From: Felis catus
Lineage: Eukaryota
Assembly (NCBI RefSeq): GCF_018350175.1
Contig: NC_058368.1
Coordinates: 75,332,001-75,396,000, forward strand
Length of the DNA: 64,000 nucleotides
Direction of reading: 5' to 3'
Shown here: one piece after another, positions 1 through 13,590 of the stretch
How the letters are laid out: each line of letters opens with the position of its first letter
How positions within the stretch are numbered: position 1 is the stretch's first letter
Position numbers and translations under genes: made by a program
The notes under the pieces: model-generated
What the model was told of the DNA's origin: nothing
Seen by the model: the letters and a program-made list of their open reading frames with translations, nothing else
Databases searched by the model: none

Positions 1-594
1 ATAAATGTATTCATGAATTTTTTCACACTCAACAATAGTACTAGCGAATTTAATGCATGCCCACGTGAGAGGGGATAAAGGGCCCTATGTATTATATGAA
101 GAGCATGCTATTTTAATGCTGATTTTAAAAATGAATATGAGACAGTAACTGAAACAAGAAATTCTGTACTAAGAGACAAAATTGTAAAAATGTGTATACT
201 ATATCATCATTCATTGTGGACCATTCGATAAGGAAATAACAAGACAAACTTTCCCAGACAGGCAGCAAATAGTTGACTTTGTAATAACTTCAGTTTTTTT
301 TCTGTTTAGCAAATTTTACTTAAATTGAAAACACAAAGTATAAAGAGGCCACATGTTATGAACCCTAGAAAATACTATTATTATTATCATTATTTTTATT
401 ATTATGTTGAAAACAAGTTACATGAAAGAACTCATTAAGAAGAAAATGCTATGTTAAAAAATAAATAGTATGCTAAGAAAACAAAAACAAAAACAAAAAC
501 ACATACACATGGGAGCCCAACAGTGTGAAATTGGATATGTGAGTTCCAAAAAGTCTAAGGTGGTCAAACCACACGTTTAAAAACCTGCAGCTGA

Positions 595-817
595 GGGGCG
601 CCTGGGTGGCGCAGTCGGTTAAGCGTCCAACTTCAGCCAGGTCACGATCTCGCGGTCCATGAGTTCGAGCCCCGCATCAGGCTCTGGGCTGATGGCACAG
701 AGCCTGGAGCCTGCTTCAGATTCTGTGTCTCCCTCTCTCTCTGCCCCTCCCCCGTTCATGCTCTGTCTCTCTCTGTCTCAAAAATAAATAAACGTTAAAA
801 AAAATTATTTAAAAAAA
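595..817 (+). mobile_element. Young felid Can-SINE (SINEC_Fc-type)
   Basis: GGGGCGCCTGGGTGGCGCAGTCGGTTAAG tRNA-like head, (CT)n region, AATAAA and A-tail; perfect TSD AAAAACCTGCAGCTGA at 579-594 and 818-833. Confidence 0.97.
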
Positions 818-1069
818 AAAAACCTGCAGCTGAAATAAACAACATGAACAGATTTGGTGACCAGTAGAGCATAATTTGATTTGAAGTTGGTCTAACCTCA
901 GGATTACAGTTTAGGGATGAAAGAGAGATTTGAACTGCTCTATTCTATAAACAGGGAAGAGGAAAGAGTAAGATAAGAGGGCAGATGAAGTAGTTTCTCA
1001 TTAAAAACGCTTTCCCTCCTCCTGTGTCCCTGCTAAATTGAATCGTTAGGCACTTGTATATTTTCTGAG

Positions 1070-1413
1070 CGTCTCAGTCCATTCAGGCTGCCATCACAAA
1101 ATATCACGGACCAGGCAGCTTGCAAATAACAGAATTTTATTTCTTACAGTTCTGGAGACTGAAGGCCCAAGATCAAGGTCAGCATGACCAGGTGGGGGCC
1201 CTCTTCCAGGCCACAAACTTCTCCCCGGTTGAGGGAAGCAGGGTTGAGGGAGCTCTATGAGGTCTCTGTTAGGGGTATTAATCCTATTCATGAGGGCTCC
1301 ACCCACAGGACCTAAACAGCTCCCAAAGTCCCCAGCTCCTAATCCCATCATCCCATCACCTTTGGGGGTTAGAATTAGGAACTCTGGGGCAACACAAGCA
1401 TTCAGACCACAGG
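1070..1413 (-). mobile_element. MaLR solo LTR, MLT1A-like
   Basis: Typical antisense MLT1A motifs (TTCTTACAGTTCTGGAGACTG...CCAAGATCAAGGT; ATTAATCCTATTCATGAGGGCTCCACC; CATTCAGACCACAG); explains the 119-aa ORF. Confidence 0.85.
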
Positions 1414-1499
1414 ACTGAGTCACTCTGTGGCATCGAGGAGCAAATACCAGCAAATCTCAGCCCATCATGTCTCTTTCTCTCTCACCACTAATTAGTTTA

Positions 1500-1990
1500 G
1501 AAAGGGTAGTGCAGTATACTGCCGATTCTGGTCAGTGAGCTCGTAGGGAAATCTACCAGGGTCTTCCGAAAAAGGACCCCACACACTTCATACAAGGAAC
1601 ACATAGGAACATGGGTGGACCCCTCTTCTGGCAATGTCCAAAGGATGGAGCCTCTACTATGTGGTAAAGTAAAGTGGCTGAAACACCCTTTCTGATCTGC
1701 TCAGGATCTTGCCAACAGGGGAGGACGGTGCAGTGGAAAGAGCTTGCCTGTTCCATGTCACGGTTGAGACTGAATTAACCAACCCTGGACTCCCCGCCAT
1801 CCAGGTTTCTTGTCATATAAGATAATAAAGCTCCTAATAAAGGTCAGACACTTTCACTCAGTTTTTCTCATTTTTTGAGGCCAAAAGTGCCCACATTTTA
1901 CAGAATTGGTAGAGGTTGAATGATGAGGGCATTTAGGAAGTGACAACCTTCAATCTGGGACTGAAAGAGCTGGCAAAACATGCTAGGGAA
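1500..1990 (+). mobile_element. Old MaLR LTR (MLT1J/K-like) with possible start of internal region
   Basis: MLT1-like 3' end (TTCTTGTCATATAAGATAATAAAG...TTTTTCTC...GGCCAAAAG...ACA) followed by GAATTGGTA. Confidence 0.55.
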
Positions 1991-2384
1991 AAAAAAAATG
2001 TGTGGCTCTGAGGGAAGAGCCTTTCATAATAAAGAATTAGCAAGGATGTAAATAACCTTGATTTCTCACATTGCTACAGAGGCATTTTGGCACTGATGGG
2101 ATGGGCCTTGAAATGCTTATTGAGCACAGATGTTATCTTTTTGCTTCCTTCACAACCTGAGCACAGCATACTATGTCAAATAATGATATTGTAAATTCAG
2201 ATGCAATTTTAACACATTCTTTCCTGACTAGCGTATGTGCATATAGGAAAAATACTTTAAACAATACTGTGTCACTTAAAAATAATTATTCTCTCTTTTT
2301 TTTTAAGTTTTGCACCTCATAGTTGATTGTTTCTATTTAAAACACATTTCCAAGAAAGTTAATGTTAAATAATTTCAGCGGGAT

Positions 2385-2599
2385 GGGGCGCCTGGGTGGC
2401 GCAGTTGGTTAAGCGTCCGACTTCAGCCAAGTCACGATCTCGCGGTCCGTGAGTTCGAGCCCCGCGTCAGGCTCTGGGCTGATGGCTCAGAGCCTGGAGC
2501 CTGTTTCCGATTCTGTGTCTCCCTCTCTCTCTGCCCCTCCCCCGTTCATGCTCTGTCTCTCTCTGTCCCAAAAATAAATAAACGTTGAAAAAAAATTTT
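2385..2599 (+). mobile_element. Young felid Can-SINE
   Basis: Near-consensus body; TSD AAATAATTTCAGCGGG at 2367-2382 and 2600-2615. Confidence 0.97.
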
Positions 2600-2687
2600 A
2601 AATAATTTCAGCGGGGACCATTCTCAGCCTTCCGTTGGGGTACAGATAGTCAAACTATATTTAGAATGAAATCTACCATTAAAAAAA

Positions 2688-2869
2688 AATTTATTTATCT
2701 GAGAGAGTAGAGGAGGAGCAGAGAGAGAAGGAGAGAGAGAGAATTCCAAGCAGGTTCTGCACTGTCAGCACAGAGTCTGAGGCGGGCTCAAGTTCACGAA
2801 CCGTGAGACCATGACCTGAGCCGAAGTCAAGAGTCAGATGCTCAATTGACTCAGCCACCCGGGTGCCCC
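2688..2869 (-). mobile_element. Older Can-SINE
   Basis: Antisense Can-SINE body ending GCCACCCGGGTGCCCC. Confidence 0.92.
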
Positions 2870-2910
2870 TAGAATTTTTTTTTTGGAAAAATAAAATAAA
2901 AGAATATATA

Positions 2911-2990
2911 AAATGAAATGAAATGAAATGAAATGAAATGAAATGAAATGAAAGAAATGAAATGAAATGAAATGAAATGAAATGAAATGA
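2911..2990. repeat. (AAATG)n pentanucleotide microsatellite
   Basis: Direct tandem array with one interruption. Confidence 0.95.
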
Positions 2991-3323
2991 AATAAAATAA
3001 AGTAAAATAATGTAAGGAAAAAATGTAATAAATCAGAAAGTCAGAAAGATTTTCAGGTTACCCCAGCACTGCAAGGCAACTTTTTCCTCCTGCCTACCCC
3101 TTTTCCCTTCCTACGAATCTTTTCTTCTATTCCTCCAGATACCTCAGAGACTCACAGGATTCCTATGGCCAGATCATCTTGTTTGTATTGAACTTTTTGG
3201 GTTGTCTCATCCACTCCCACTCTGTCAGCCTTCACCTGTGTCCTAAAAACTTCTGAACCTTTTTATATCCAGCTCTGATGTCTCTCTTACACACAAACCA
3301 TGCACCTTCAAATCTTTCCTGGA

Positions 3324-3420
3324 GGGGCACCTCCCTGGCTCAGTCAGTAGAGCATGGGACTCTTGATCTCAGGGTCATGAGTTCAAGACCCATGTTGGGT
3401 ATAGAACTTACTTAAAAAAA
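3324..3420 (+). mobile_element. Short tRNA-Lys-like carnivore SINE (no CT-rich body)
   Basis: tRNA-like head with A box (TGGCTCAGTCAG) and B box (GAGTTCAAGAC), A-tail; near-perfect TSD AAATCTTTCCTGGA / AAATCCTTCCTGGA. Confidence 0.85.
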
Positions 3421-3549
3421 AAATCCTTCCTGGAAAATGTTGTTTGTCACTAAAATGCCTCAAAATTATAATATGCAGAATTGATTTCTACTCCCCTAAA
3501 ACGTAGTCCTCAGTTTACAGTGTTTATTCAAATGAATGGTGGCAGCATA

Positions 3550-3900
3550 TAGCCATACCAAAAATTCAGAGCCTCCCTCACAACGAATCAGTCAACAACA
3601 TACCAATGTCTAATTTAGCTGTTTCCTCCCCTCACACCTCACTTGAAGCTCTTATCTGGTCTCACCGGGATTACTACAAAATCTATTAAGTAGTCTCCCT
3701 TCCATCGCAGTCTCCAAACTCAGTCTTTTGGTGTATGCCCTCTTTCTAAAGTACAATTTGGATTGAAAAACAAACAAACAAACAAACAAACATGGAAAAA
3801 ATCCTCACTGCCTGCTATTGCATCCAAGATAAAACCCAATCTTCATTGTCAGGAAGTTCACACTCTGCGGTACCCCAGCCCGATTATACTCTCTTATATT
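3550..3900 (+). mobile_element. L2 3' region remnant
   Basis: Degenerate L2 motifs (GGATTACTACAAAA...GTCTCCCTTCC; TTTCTAAAGTACAATTTGGAT; CCAAGATAAAACCCAATCTTC). Confidence 0.6.
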
Positions 3901-4237
3901 TCTCCATTCTACCCAACTTGAAGAACGCTCTGTGTTGGTCGGTGGGAATATACACATAATGGTGATTTTTCCCTCGATGTAGCAGTGCAAGCGAAACTCT
4001 CTGAAGTTCCTCAGGTTCAACTTTCTGGTCCTTTGTACATACTGGCTTGTTGCTCAGCGGCCATTAAAAACGTTAATGTTTTTAAACATTAAAAAAAAAA
4101 AAAGAAGATTCAGAGAGCCAAAACATTTTGTAAAAGGCCAACAGCCAGTGAATAGTAAACTCAGGCCTTTAAAAACCGTATGTTTCAATATAGTGTGTGC
4201 ACCACGCGCACACCACATGTACCCCACACATACACAC

Positions 4238-4575
4238 AGGGAAATATCAGGCAGCCGTGAAGAAGGACAAGGTGACACCATTTGCAACAACGTGGATGGA
4301 CCGAGAGGATATTAAGTCAGACTGAGAAAAACAAATACCATATGATTTCACTCATGTGTGGAATCTAAAGAAAATCAAAAGACCAAAACAAAAACAAATG
4401 AAGAAGCAAACAAGTAGAATGAAACCTATTAAGCACAGAGAACAAACTGATGATCGCCAGAGGGGAAGGGGTGGGAGATGGGCAAAATGGGTGGAGGGGA
4501 GTGGGAGATACAGGTTCATAGTTATGGAATGAATAAGTGCCAGGAATAAAAGGCCCAGCATAAGGAATATGGGAA
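4238..4575 (+). mobile_element. L1 ORF2 end and 3' UTR (carnivore L1)
   Basis: CCATTTGCAACAACGTGGATGGACC...AAATACCATATGATTTCACTCATGTGTGGAATCTAAAG...ACAGAGAACAAACTGATG. Confidence 0.9.
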
Positions 4576-6659
4576 AAGTACAAACATGTGCTTCAGCTGT
4601 CATAGTCTCCTTATTGCTGATAAATTCAATTTAATAATCTCTAATACACCGTACTTTGCAGACATCAAAAAAAATGCACCGTTCTTTACACTAATGGAAA
4701 GAAAAATAAAACAAAACAGATTCATCCTCTATTAAGGTCTGTGAAGAGAACAAGATGCTTTGGTGAACGAGTACATTGGTGTTCGAGAACCATCCAACAA
4801 CTCAGCTCATCGTTCGGGACCCAGCCCTGGAGCTTGGCTTCACTGACGTGGATAAACCATGACCTGGCCACGTGGAGGCTAATAAATCCCAGATAATTTA
4901 CAAAATTGTGTGACCTGTACAAATCTTTATATGACCTGAATTTCAAGAAGAATTTAGTCCATCCAACTCCCTAAGCCACCCTGCCGACATCTGCCGTAGG
5001 GATCGAACTAAGAAGAACAAGAAAGAAAGAATTCTTTAAACCGTTCCTTAGAAAGTAATGTCTGGAGCCTTCGGGACAGGGATCTCAAGGGAGGCATTTG
5101 CTTTCCCCCTGGGATCATCAGTCTCTTATGTTGAATGGATGGCATTTCAGGAGCCATCGCGTGTCATTTAATCCTGTCATCAAGGATCATCTTACAGGCT
5201 CATAAATATCATTAAGCTCACACATGCCAACTGATGGCTTACTCTGTGTATGGTCAAATGATGGATATTTGGTCACAGTTTGAAACAACAGGACACCTGC
5301 TACATGCCTACTTAGAGGCTTTAATTTTGTTTCAGGGATTACACAGAAAAAAAAAATAGCAAACAAATACTGTGAGAAGACATAGTCAACCAGTGTTTCT
5401 TTAAAGTCCACATTTTAATTGCCATTATTTTTCATTGAAGACTGCTGATTGGAAGGAATGGCAGGGAATGAGGTGATCGTAAGGGAGGGGCCGAGAAAAA
5501 GCGATGGGGCAAAGGAGGGATGGGCTGGAAAGAAAACAGCCAGGACTGTGTCAGGGTAGGACATTATACTAAGGATCTAAATACTTAAAAGTGATAAAAG
5601 GGGCCCACACATTTTTAAAAATTATGCTCTATCCTCCTTCCTTGACAAATACACCGTTGTAACAGTAAAACTGAAAAACACATCAAGCTAAAATGTCTGA
5701 ATTTCATTATTTTTACTACCGTCTGAGTGTTCTGTGTATGCGATAGCAGTGTTTGGAGGCGTAAGAAAATTGAAATATGCATATAATAAATTATTAACTC
5801 TGCAATAGGTTTTATTTTATGCCTGTATTTTAGCAATGTCACTAATTGTACTGTTAAGAAGATGTTGACTTAATTTGATAGAAATCAACAAAGATTGGAG
5901 TGAAATGTGACTATATTCAAAGTGCACATAATAATATATTTTCATAAAAATCAAAATTAAATGTAGCATCAAAAAGGAAAATAAGTATAAATTTCAGATT
6001 TTTATTCTAAAATGTTTCAAACTGTCTATCTATATAAGACAAGTAATTTGCAGTCAATGAACATGAAAATTTACAACGAATGGAAGCTATATTTAAATGT
6101 TATTTTTGAAATTTAATTCTATGTTAGTAAATACTTTAAAAATAAAAGTGTATTATTCTAGTGTTCAATGTCTATTTGGTTGCCAAAGTTCTCAACGTAA
6201 GGGATTGGTAGCAATTGAGTTGTGATATTAAGTTATATGAATTTCATAATATCACCAATTGTTCAGGCTCTGGGTACAACTGTTGTGAATAATGAGCTAA
6301 ATCATGAATTCCTATGGATTCCCAACTCAGAACAAGAAGAGAAGCAAGAAAATGGCTCCTTGGGGCTACTAGGAACAGATTAAGTATTATCACCGTGCTA
6401 TCTGAAAGAAACAATGTAACCAGTTAAGGAAATGGCCTTTTTCTTACATAATCACCTTTGCTGCTCAGATCCTCCCCATCTTCCCAAGCATTGGCTCTCT
6501 CTCATGTTGGCTCCAAGAATAGAAGGAAGAACTTTAAGACATCTTCCTAGAACCTGAACTGTTTTATAGGTAGCACCTGGATGCTGTCTCTAGTGATAGG
6601 TGTTGATGCAATACTGTACCCAGGCATTGGCATACGATTGGCTCTCCTCCAGCCCCATG

Positions 6660-6825
6660 TCTGTGTCTCAGATTTGAATGCGCTGGAAGTCACTAGGGAT
6701 ACGGCAAAGGGAAGATTGTGCTTCTGTAGATGTGAGGGAAGGTTCGAGGAGATCCTGAATTTCTAACCGGCTCTTGGGTGGTGCAGATGCTGCTGGACCA
6801 AGCGCTCAGTTTGAAGAGTGAGGGT
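6660..6825. mobile_element. MER5-family hAT-Charlie MITE
   Basis: GAATTTCTAACCGGCTCTTGGGTGGTGCAGATGCTGCTGGACC resembles the MER5 core CATTTCTAACAAGTTCCCAGGTGATGCTGATGCTGCTGGTCC. Confidence 0.7.
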
Positions 6826-7019
6826 GTATAGTGGATGCGGGGGGAGCAGAAGCTTTTCCCACTGAAACTGAGGACAATACTTGTATCACGAGCTGGGCAC
6901 AACTGTCAAAGGTTTCTATTTTTCTGTCTTTTCAATGTAATCACCTTGATTCTCTAGCACATGCTTCCCAATACATTCTAAGGAAAAAACAAGTAATCAA
7001 ACATGTACATAGCTCCTGT

Positions 7020-7180
7020 TAAGTGATTTACATTAAATCTTCACAGAACAAAGGAGGTGGCTCCAATGCCCCTGACTTTCAGCTTAGAAATTGTGGGGCA
7101 GGGAGGTTAAGAATTTTGTCGATGTACCACTTGAGCCCAGAAAGTCTGCTTCTAGAATTCAAACCTTTCGGCACTGCGCT
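7020..7180 (-). mobile_element. MIR remnant
   Basis: Antisense MIR core-like GAAATTGTGGGGCAGGGAGGTTAAG...GAGCCCAG...GTCTGCTTCTAGA. Confidence 0.6.
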
Positions 7181-8244
7181 CTAAATCTTTCTCACACGAG
7201 AAGGAATGATATATGCCCCTTAAGGATCCACACTTCCCAGGAAAGAATCTATTATAGTGAGCAAAAGTAGCAATAAAATTGATTCCACACATACGGTGAG
7301 ATTTTCTACCTTCGAATTCAACTTTGACTTTAGTTGCTGGGGCTACTTGGGTGAAAATGATTAGAATATAACCTTTTTTGGTATCTTCTTTATCAATAAT
7401 ATCCGAATTACAATTTCATGGCCAATTAAAGGGTTTCACAAATATTTGAACTATTCCTTAAAAGGGAAAGACTAATATTTATGTAGCTCATCATTAGTGT
7501 GTATTATGATGGTTCATTTCCATGGAATTGGAGAAATAGAGGGTTATGTTAAGTTTTGAAAAATATTTTGAGCCTGTACACAACTTTAAATATTTTAATA
7601 CATAAGGATACATATATTTATATGTGTGTGAATGTATATATACACACACACACATGCCTACATATATACATATGTATTATGTGTATATAAGTATTTTATG
7701 TGACTATCTGTGTACACATATGCAATTATATTTATGTAAATATATAAATTATGTGAATAAAACCAACTAAAATATTTTTAGGTTATATTTTATTTTATTT
7801 TTGGTCTTGTGTTTAACTCAGGTGTATCCAAAGTGGTCCCAAAGAACAATGTTTCCATCAAAAAACAATAACAAAAGAACGCATATTTAATTGAAAGTCT
7901 TAGGCACCCAAATTTGTACCAGGTACAAGTAGATCATTAGATGAGTAAACCTCATGATGATAGATCAGTGGGGTTAGACTGTAGTTATGTGAAATGAATA
8001 AACTCCTATATGCATGTTGTGTGTGCAGTTTGAATTTTGAATACATAAAATTTATCAATAAGTTATAATCATAAGTACACTATAGTCATGGCAAACAATT
8101 TTTGACCAGTGAAACCATCTTAATCTACAAGGTCTTCATGGATTTAATAAAAAATAATGGTCATCTGTCATGTTAATAAAAGATGAAATTTATTTGCCAT
8201 GAATGATCTTTTATTGATTCAGCATTTTAAGCATTTAGGATAAG

Positions 8245-8455
8245 AATCAGACGAACTACCTACCGGCCTGCTGCCTGTTTTTGCAAATAAAGTTTTATTG
8301 AAACCCAGCCATGTTTATGTTTCTGAATTGTCCATGCCTGCTTGTGTGCCTGAAAATGAGTTCATGAAAAAAGAGGCTGTACAATTTCTAAAACCAAAAA
8401 TAATTACTCTCTGGTCCTTAATAGGAAAAAAAAAAAAAAAAGATTGCTGACTACA
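8245..8455. mobile_element. MER58A-like hAT-Charlie MITE
   Basis: GGCCTGCTGCCTGTTTTTGCAAATAAAGTTTTATTGAAACCCAGCCA...AAAATAATTACTCTCTGGTCCTT. Confidence 0.85.
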
Positions 8456-10129
8456 AATAATTTCTTTTTCAATGATTATATCAGTTTCCAAATATTTCGA
8501 AACTGCTTTGAAGATACACTCATTCATAGATGCAGGCATACGGAGGTGCACACTCAATATGTGTAAAAAAATTCCATATTAATCTCACCTATGTGTAACA
8601 GACCAGCACATCCAATTCCACACACAAGTAAAATTAATAAGACAACACTCATTTACTCAACAAATTTTTCTTGAAGGCATAACGTGTACCAAACACTGCC
8701 AGTGATAGGACGTACTTTAGCAAGAAAGAAAAGGAGAGAGGGAGACCAAAGGAGCAAGTGTCTGTCACCGGGAAATTAGTCGCCAGGAAGAAATATGTGA
8801 TAACTGGGTACTCCTGCTGAAAGCTGGGTCACGACACAGGTCCTTAACCCTGTAAGAGAGCAAGTATGGCTGCTGTGGAGGACGAGGGGTAGAAGATGGA
8901 AGATATGTCTGTATATTATACATTATATTTTATATATAATATATATGCTAAGCAGACTCTTAATCATAGAGATACATACTTATTTAATTTGGTTGTAAAT
9001 CCTGGTGCCTTAATCTCTCTCCTGTACTGAAAGACCGGGGAAAGAAGAATATTCCAGAAGCTAGGCATACTAAGAAGATGAGAACTAATGTTCAGAACAT
9101 TTAAAAGAATAAGCACTATAAAAGAAACATTCAATTAACATCTGATTAATTCTTAACAAAAATTAACATTAGCCAATTAAATAACTGAGAACTGATTTGC
9201 GATTCTGTGGTATTGATAGGCTAATTAACCATTGTTAGAATTTTGAAAGAGATGACATTTATAAGAACTTGCAATTAAACTGTAAACTCTTTTTTGAACT
9301 TAAAAAGTAACCTCTAAAAAATTGAGAAAGTAATGACATTCTGGACACTGTATTGAGTCATGACAGAATAAAGTGAAAAGCAGGTGTACTTGATGTATAA
9401 GCCCTTTTATGGAAAAAGATATCATTAGAACTTTGCTATATTTAGAAGTAATGGTTCAAGAAGTGTTCTATTAAGAACGTAGTGACAAGGAACACAATGC
9501 ATATGAGGAGGTATACCCACGTCTGTTCTGTAACTGGTTTCTGATAGTTACAAGCCTCTGGGGATCTTAATGTATGTTCATTCATTGCCAATGGTGAACG
9601 TTTTCGGTAGAAGACAGGGAGACATCTTGATAGGCTCTCTCCAATAAAAGGCAATTCGAGAACTGGAAACAGAAGCAGACAGCATTCATTTGTCTAAGAC
9701 AATAAATTATATGGATTCATGATACACACAGGATCCACGAGTCTTCAAAAATAAAAAACAATTGGAAAGTATTCCATTTACAACTGCCTTCAAAATTCCT
9801 GGCCAAGGGACCAAATTCATCAGATAATTTTATAGGTGCCTGAGGCAACTTAGCTGAATTCAGTCAGATAGCTTGTGGGGCGACATATCTGGACAGATAC
9901 AGGACACACACACACACACACACACACACAATTTCAGATGGTCCATTATATGGAGAAGATCAGAACTCTGAAAGTCTCTAAAATTATAATTATTGTTCTT
10001 GTATACAGCTGCCTTGTCAATATTTCCACTTGTGGGCCAAGTAAGCCTTCCAAACTCAGAATAAAACATAATAGAGTCATTCAGCATTCGTCTTTTCACT
10101 CATAATGTGCACTTAATACATTGCAATTT

Positions 10130-10430
10130 TAACTAGTTCCACCTTTAAAATGTATCCTTATTCTTTACAGTGCTGTCCATCTCCCTTGTTAAAACTTTGG
10201 TCAAATCTATCACCACCTCTCACTCAGACTACTACAGAACCCTCCTAATTTTTCTCTTCCTCCATCCAGCCTCATGCTGTTGACTATTCAACAACCAGGG
10301 AGATTCTAACAGCGTAAATCAGATGCGTTCGTTCTTCCTTTGCTTATAAATAACCCTCTCGTGGTCTCCAAACACAAACAAAATCAAATTTCAAACCTCT
10401 CCTGGCATTTATAAGGTCCTATATGAGAGG
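10130..10430 (+). mobile_element. L2 remnant
   Basis: CACCTCTCACTCAGACTACTACAGAACCCTCCTAAT...TAAATCAGAT...GGCATTTATAAGGTCCT. Confidence 0.7.
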
Positions 10431-10762
10431 ATAGGTGATAGTATGAATTTATATATTGCTTATAAATAAAAGAAATCCTATTATGAAGGATTCTTCTGAT
10501 TTTATCCCAAAGATACCAATCTTGAACTCACTTAGATACAATGATTATATTCTGCAGATAATCAAAGCCCAAAAGGGAGGAAAGCCGGCAGCTGGGCCCA
10601 GGGGATCAAATATGATCAAGATTTCTTGGACTCTCATTGCTAATTACCAATTTCCCCATCCTTTAAAATCTGTTTTCTTTATAAGTACTTTTTATGCATA
10701 AAGTAAAATCAAAACATATTGAGTAAAGGTATGCATTATAACTTTTAAAAAGACGTAGTACT

Positions 10763-10973
10763 GGGGCGCCTGGGTGGCGCAGTCGGTTAAGCGTCCGACT
10801 TCAGCCAGGTCACGATCTCGCGGTCCGTGAGTTCGAGCCCCGCGTCGGGCTCTGGGCTGATGGCTCGGAGCCTGGAGCCTGTTTCCGATTCTGTGTCTCC
10901 CTCTCTCTCTGCCCCTCCCCCGTTCATGCTCTGTCTCTCTCTGTCCCAAAAATAAATAAAAAACGTTGAAAAA

Positions 10974-11006
<33 letters not shown>
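10763..11006 (+). mobile_element. Very young felid Can-SINE
   Basis: CpGs intact; 33-nt pure A run (10979-11011); perfect TSD AAAAAGACGTAGTACT at 10747-10762 and 11007-11022. Confidence 0.98.
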
Positions 11007-11013
<7 letters not shown>

Positions 11014-11731
11014 CGTAGTACTTAAGAATGGAGTCAAACAGCAAATCTCTCCTTCTGTTCTCCGTAACTCATACTCCCCAGGGGCAATTATTGTTAAGTG
11101 CCTTTACCTGTCTCTCCGGGTATTTTCTTATGTGTTTGTAAACAGTGTACTTATATTATTATTCCTTGAATTGTCACTGTTATGATTTTGATGCCAGGCA
11201 GAACTGCATGAATGATCTTTTGTATGTTTGTGAAAATCAAGTAGAAAAAAAAAGGTAAAATGCTGAGACCCCAGAAATGTGTGATTCACGCCTAACAACT
11301 TATTTTTCAAATTAATATTTATTAAGGGCTAATTATGCACCAGTCCTATTTTTAGCATTGTATATACAAATGAATGTAATTTGTATTCACAAATTATCAG
11401 GGTTATTCTTCAATGAGAAAACATATTTATGAATATTCAATCAAGGTTATATTATATATAATGTAACGTAATGCTGTAACATTACAGAGCAATAACCAAG
11501 GAAAAACAACTTTGTTATCATAAGAACAGAAAACAAAATTATAAAATCTCTTAAAATACCCTTGTTCTAAACCATATCTTTAAATTGAAAGTTATACTCA
11601 ACTATGAATACATTTACCTATCATAACAAAATGATTGCTCTTGGAAGTGCTTTTTTATATTATAAAAGTAGTAACTACTACTGAAGAAGGGGGAAATTAA
11701 TAAATATACAGGATAAATAAAAATCAAGTCT

Positions 11732-11949
11732 TTTTAAAATTTTTTTAACGTTTATTTATTTTTGAGACAGAGAGAGACAGAGCATGAACAGGGGAGGAGC
11801 AGAGAGAGAGGGAGACACAGAATCTGAAACAGGCTCCAGGCTCTGAGCTGTCAGCACTGAGCCTGACAAGGGGCTCGAACTCACGGACCGTAAGATCGTG
11901 ACCTGAGCCGAAGTCGGACGATTAACCGACCAAGCCACCCAGGCGCCCC
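11732..11949 (-). mobile_element. Felid Can-SINE
   Basis: Full antisense copy; TSD TAAAAATCAAGTCT at 11718-11731 and 11950-11963. Confidence 0.96.
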
Positions 11950-12555
11950 TAAAAATCAAGTCTAATAGTGCAAAAAGTTTCCAAACTCACTGTTGACATT
12001 TTTTCATGGTTGCCTTTTCCATATCACGATGCCTCCTATTTATTTTTCCTGTCCCATGTGAAAGTAATTTGTGCATGATACCCCATCAGCCCTAGATATT
12101 TCCGTGTATACTTCCTAAAAAATGCATGCAACATCACAAGTCCTTAAGGAATTGCAAATGAAAACGAGATACCACTCCATACCTATTTCAGGTGCCAAAA
12201 TTCAAAAGACTGACACCGCCTATTGCTGAGGACAGTGGGGAGCAAGGGGAACTTTCATTATTCGGTGGTAGGAGCAAAATGGGCAGAGCCACTCTGAAAG
12301 ACAGGTCAGCAGTTTCCTACAAAACTAAACATAGTCTTTACCATAAGATCCAGCAGCCACACTCCTGGTATTTATCCAAAATGAGCTGAAAACGTATGTC
12401 CACTCGTAAATTGTACGCGTATATTTATAGCAACTTTATTCATCATTCCCCAAACATGGAAGCAACCGAGATGTCCTTCGGTATGAGAAAGGAAAATAAA
12501 CTAGGGACATCTAGACAATGGGCGATTATTTAGCATTATAAAGAAAAGAGCTGTC

Positions 12556-12787
12556 GGGGCGCCTGGGTGGCGCAGTCGGTTAAGCGTCCGACTTCAGCCA
12601 GGTCACGATCTCGCACTCCGTGAGTTTGAGCCCCGCGTCGGGCTCTGGGCTGATGGCTCGGAGCCTGGAGCCTGTTTCCAATTCTGTGTCCCCTCTCTCT
12701 CTGCCCCTCCCCTGTTCATGCTCTGTCTCTCTCTGTCCTAAAAATAAATAAACGTTGAAAAAAAAATTAAAAAAAAAAAAGAAAAAA
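12556..12787 (+). mobile_element. Young felid Can-SINE inside L1
   Basis: TSD AAAGAAAAGAGCTGTC at 12540-12555 and 12788-12803. Confidence 0.97.
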
Positions 12788-13195
12788 AAAGAAAAGAGCT
12801 GTCATGCTATGAAAAGTCATGGAGGAATCAAATACATGTTACCAAGTGAAAGAGGCCAACGGGGAAAAGACTACATGCTTTATGATTCCAACCTTCCGGA
12901 AAAAGGCAAAACTATGAAGACGGTAAAAGTATCAATGGTTGGCAGGGATTGGTGGAAGGGAAAAATGAATAGGTGAAGCACAGAGGATGTTAGGGCAGCC
13001 AACTCTTCTGCACAACACGCTAATGGTGGATACACATCATTATACGTTTGTCCAAACCCATAGAACGTAGGACACCAAGAATGGACTCTCATGTAAACAA
13101 TGGACTTTTGGGTGATAGCGATGTGTCTGTTGCATGTTCATTGATTGTAACAAATGTGCCACTTTGGCATAGGATGTTGACAATGGGGAATGGCA

Positions 13196-13198
<3 letters not shown>

Positions 13199-13235
<37 letters not shown>

Positions 13236-13325
13236 TATATATATATATGCGTATATATATATATATACACGCATATATATATATATACATGTATACATAT
13301 ATATATATATGTATATATGTATATA
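13199..13325. repeat. (TA)n-rich microsatellite
   Basis: Alternating TA with GCG/CAC interruptions. Confidence 0.95.
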
Positions 13326-13340
13326 GGATTTCTGTAATTT

Positions 13341-13501
13341 GAAGCACCTGGGTGGCTCAGTCAGGTAAGAGTCTGACTCAGTTTTAGCTCAGGTCATGAT
13401 CTCGTGGTTTGCGGGTGTGAGCTCTGCACCGGGCTCTGCACTGGCAGCATGGAGCTGCTTGAGGTTCTCTCTCTCCCTCTCTCTGCCCTTTCCCTACTCA
13501 T

Positions 13502-13561
<60 letters not shown>

Positions 13562-13590
13562 AAAACAGATAAATAAACAATTAAGAAACA
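13341..13590 (+). mobile_element. Older Can-SINE with expanded (CT)n
   Basis: GCACCTGGGTGGCTCAGTC head, long (CT)n, A-rich tail. Confidence 0.92.

Noticed and set aside
3324..3420. tRNA-Lys gene
   Set aside because: Has an A-tail and TSD and lacks a proper acceptor stem; it is a retroposed SINE
6540..6910. Apparent bornavirus-N-like words (EIQDLLE, MPGYSIAST) on the minus strand
   Set aside because: They are in different frames with no extended similarity, and the centre of the region is explained by a MER5 element
9130..9280. Cluster of AATTAA homeodomain-like words
   Set aside because: Expected at this AT content; no independent support
10692..11044. Recurrent ORFs such as MGQRETEHERGRG / MNGGGAEREGDTESE (also 42572, 56907)
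   Set aside because: Antisense translations of Can-SINEs
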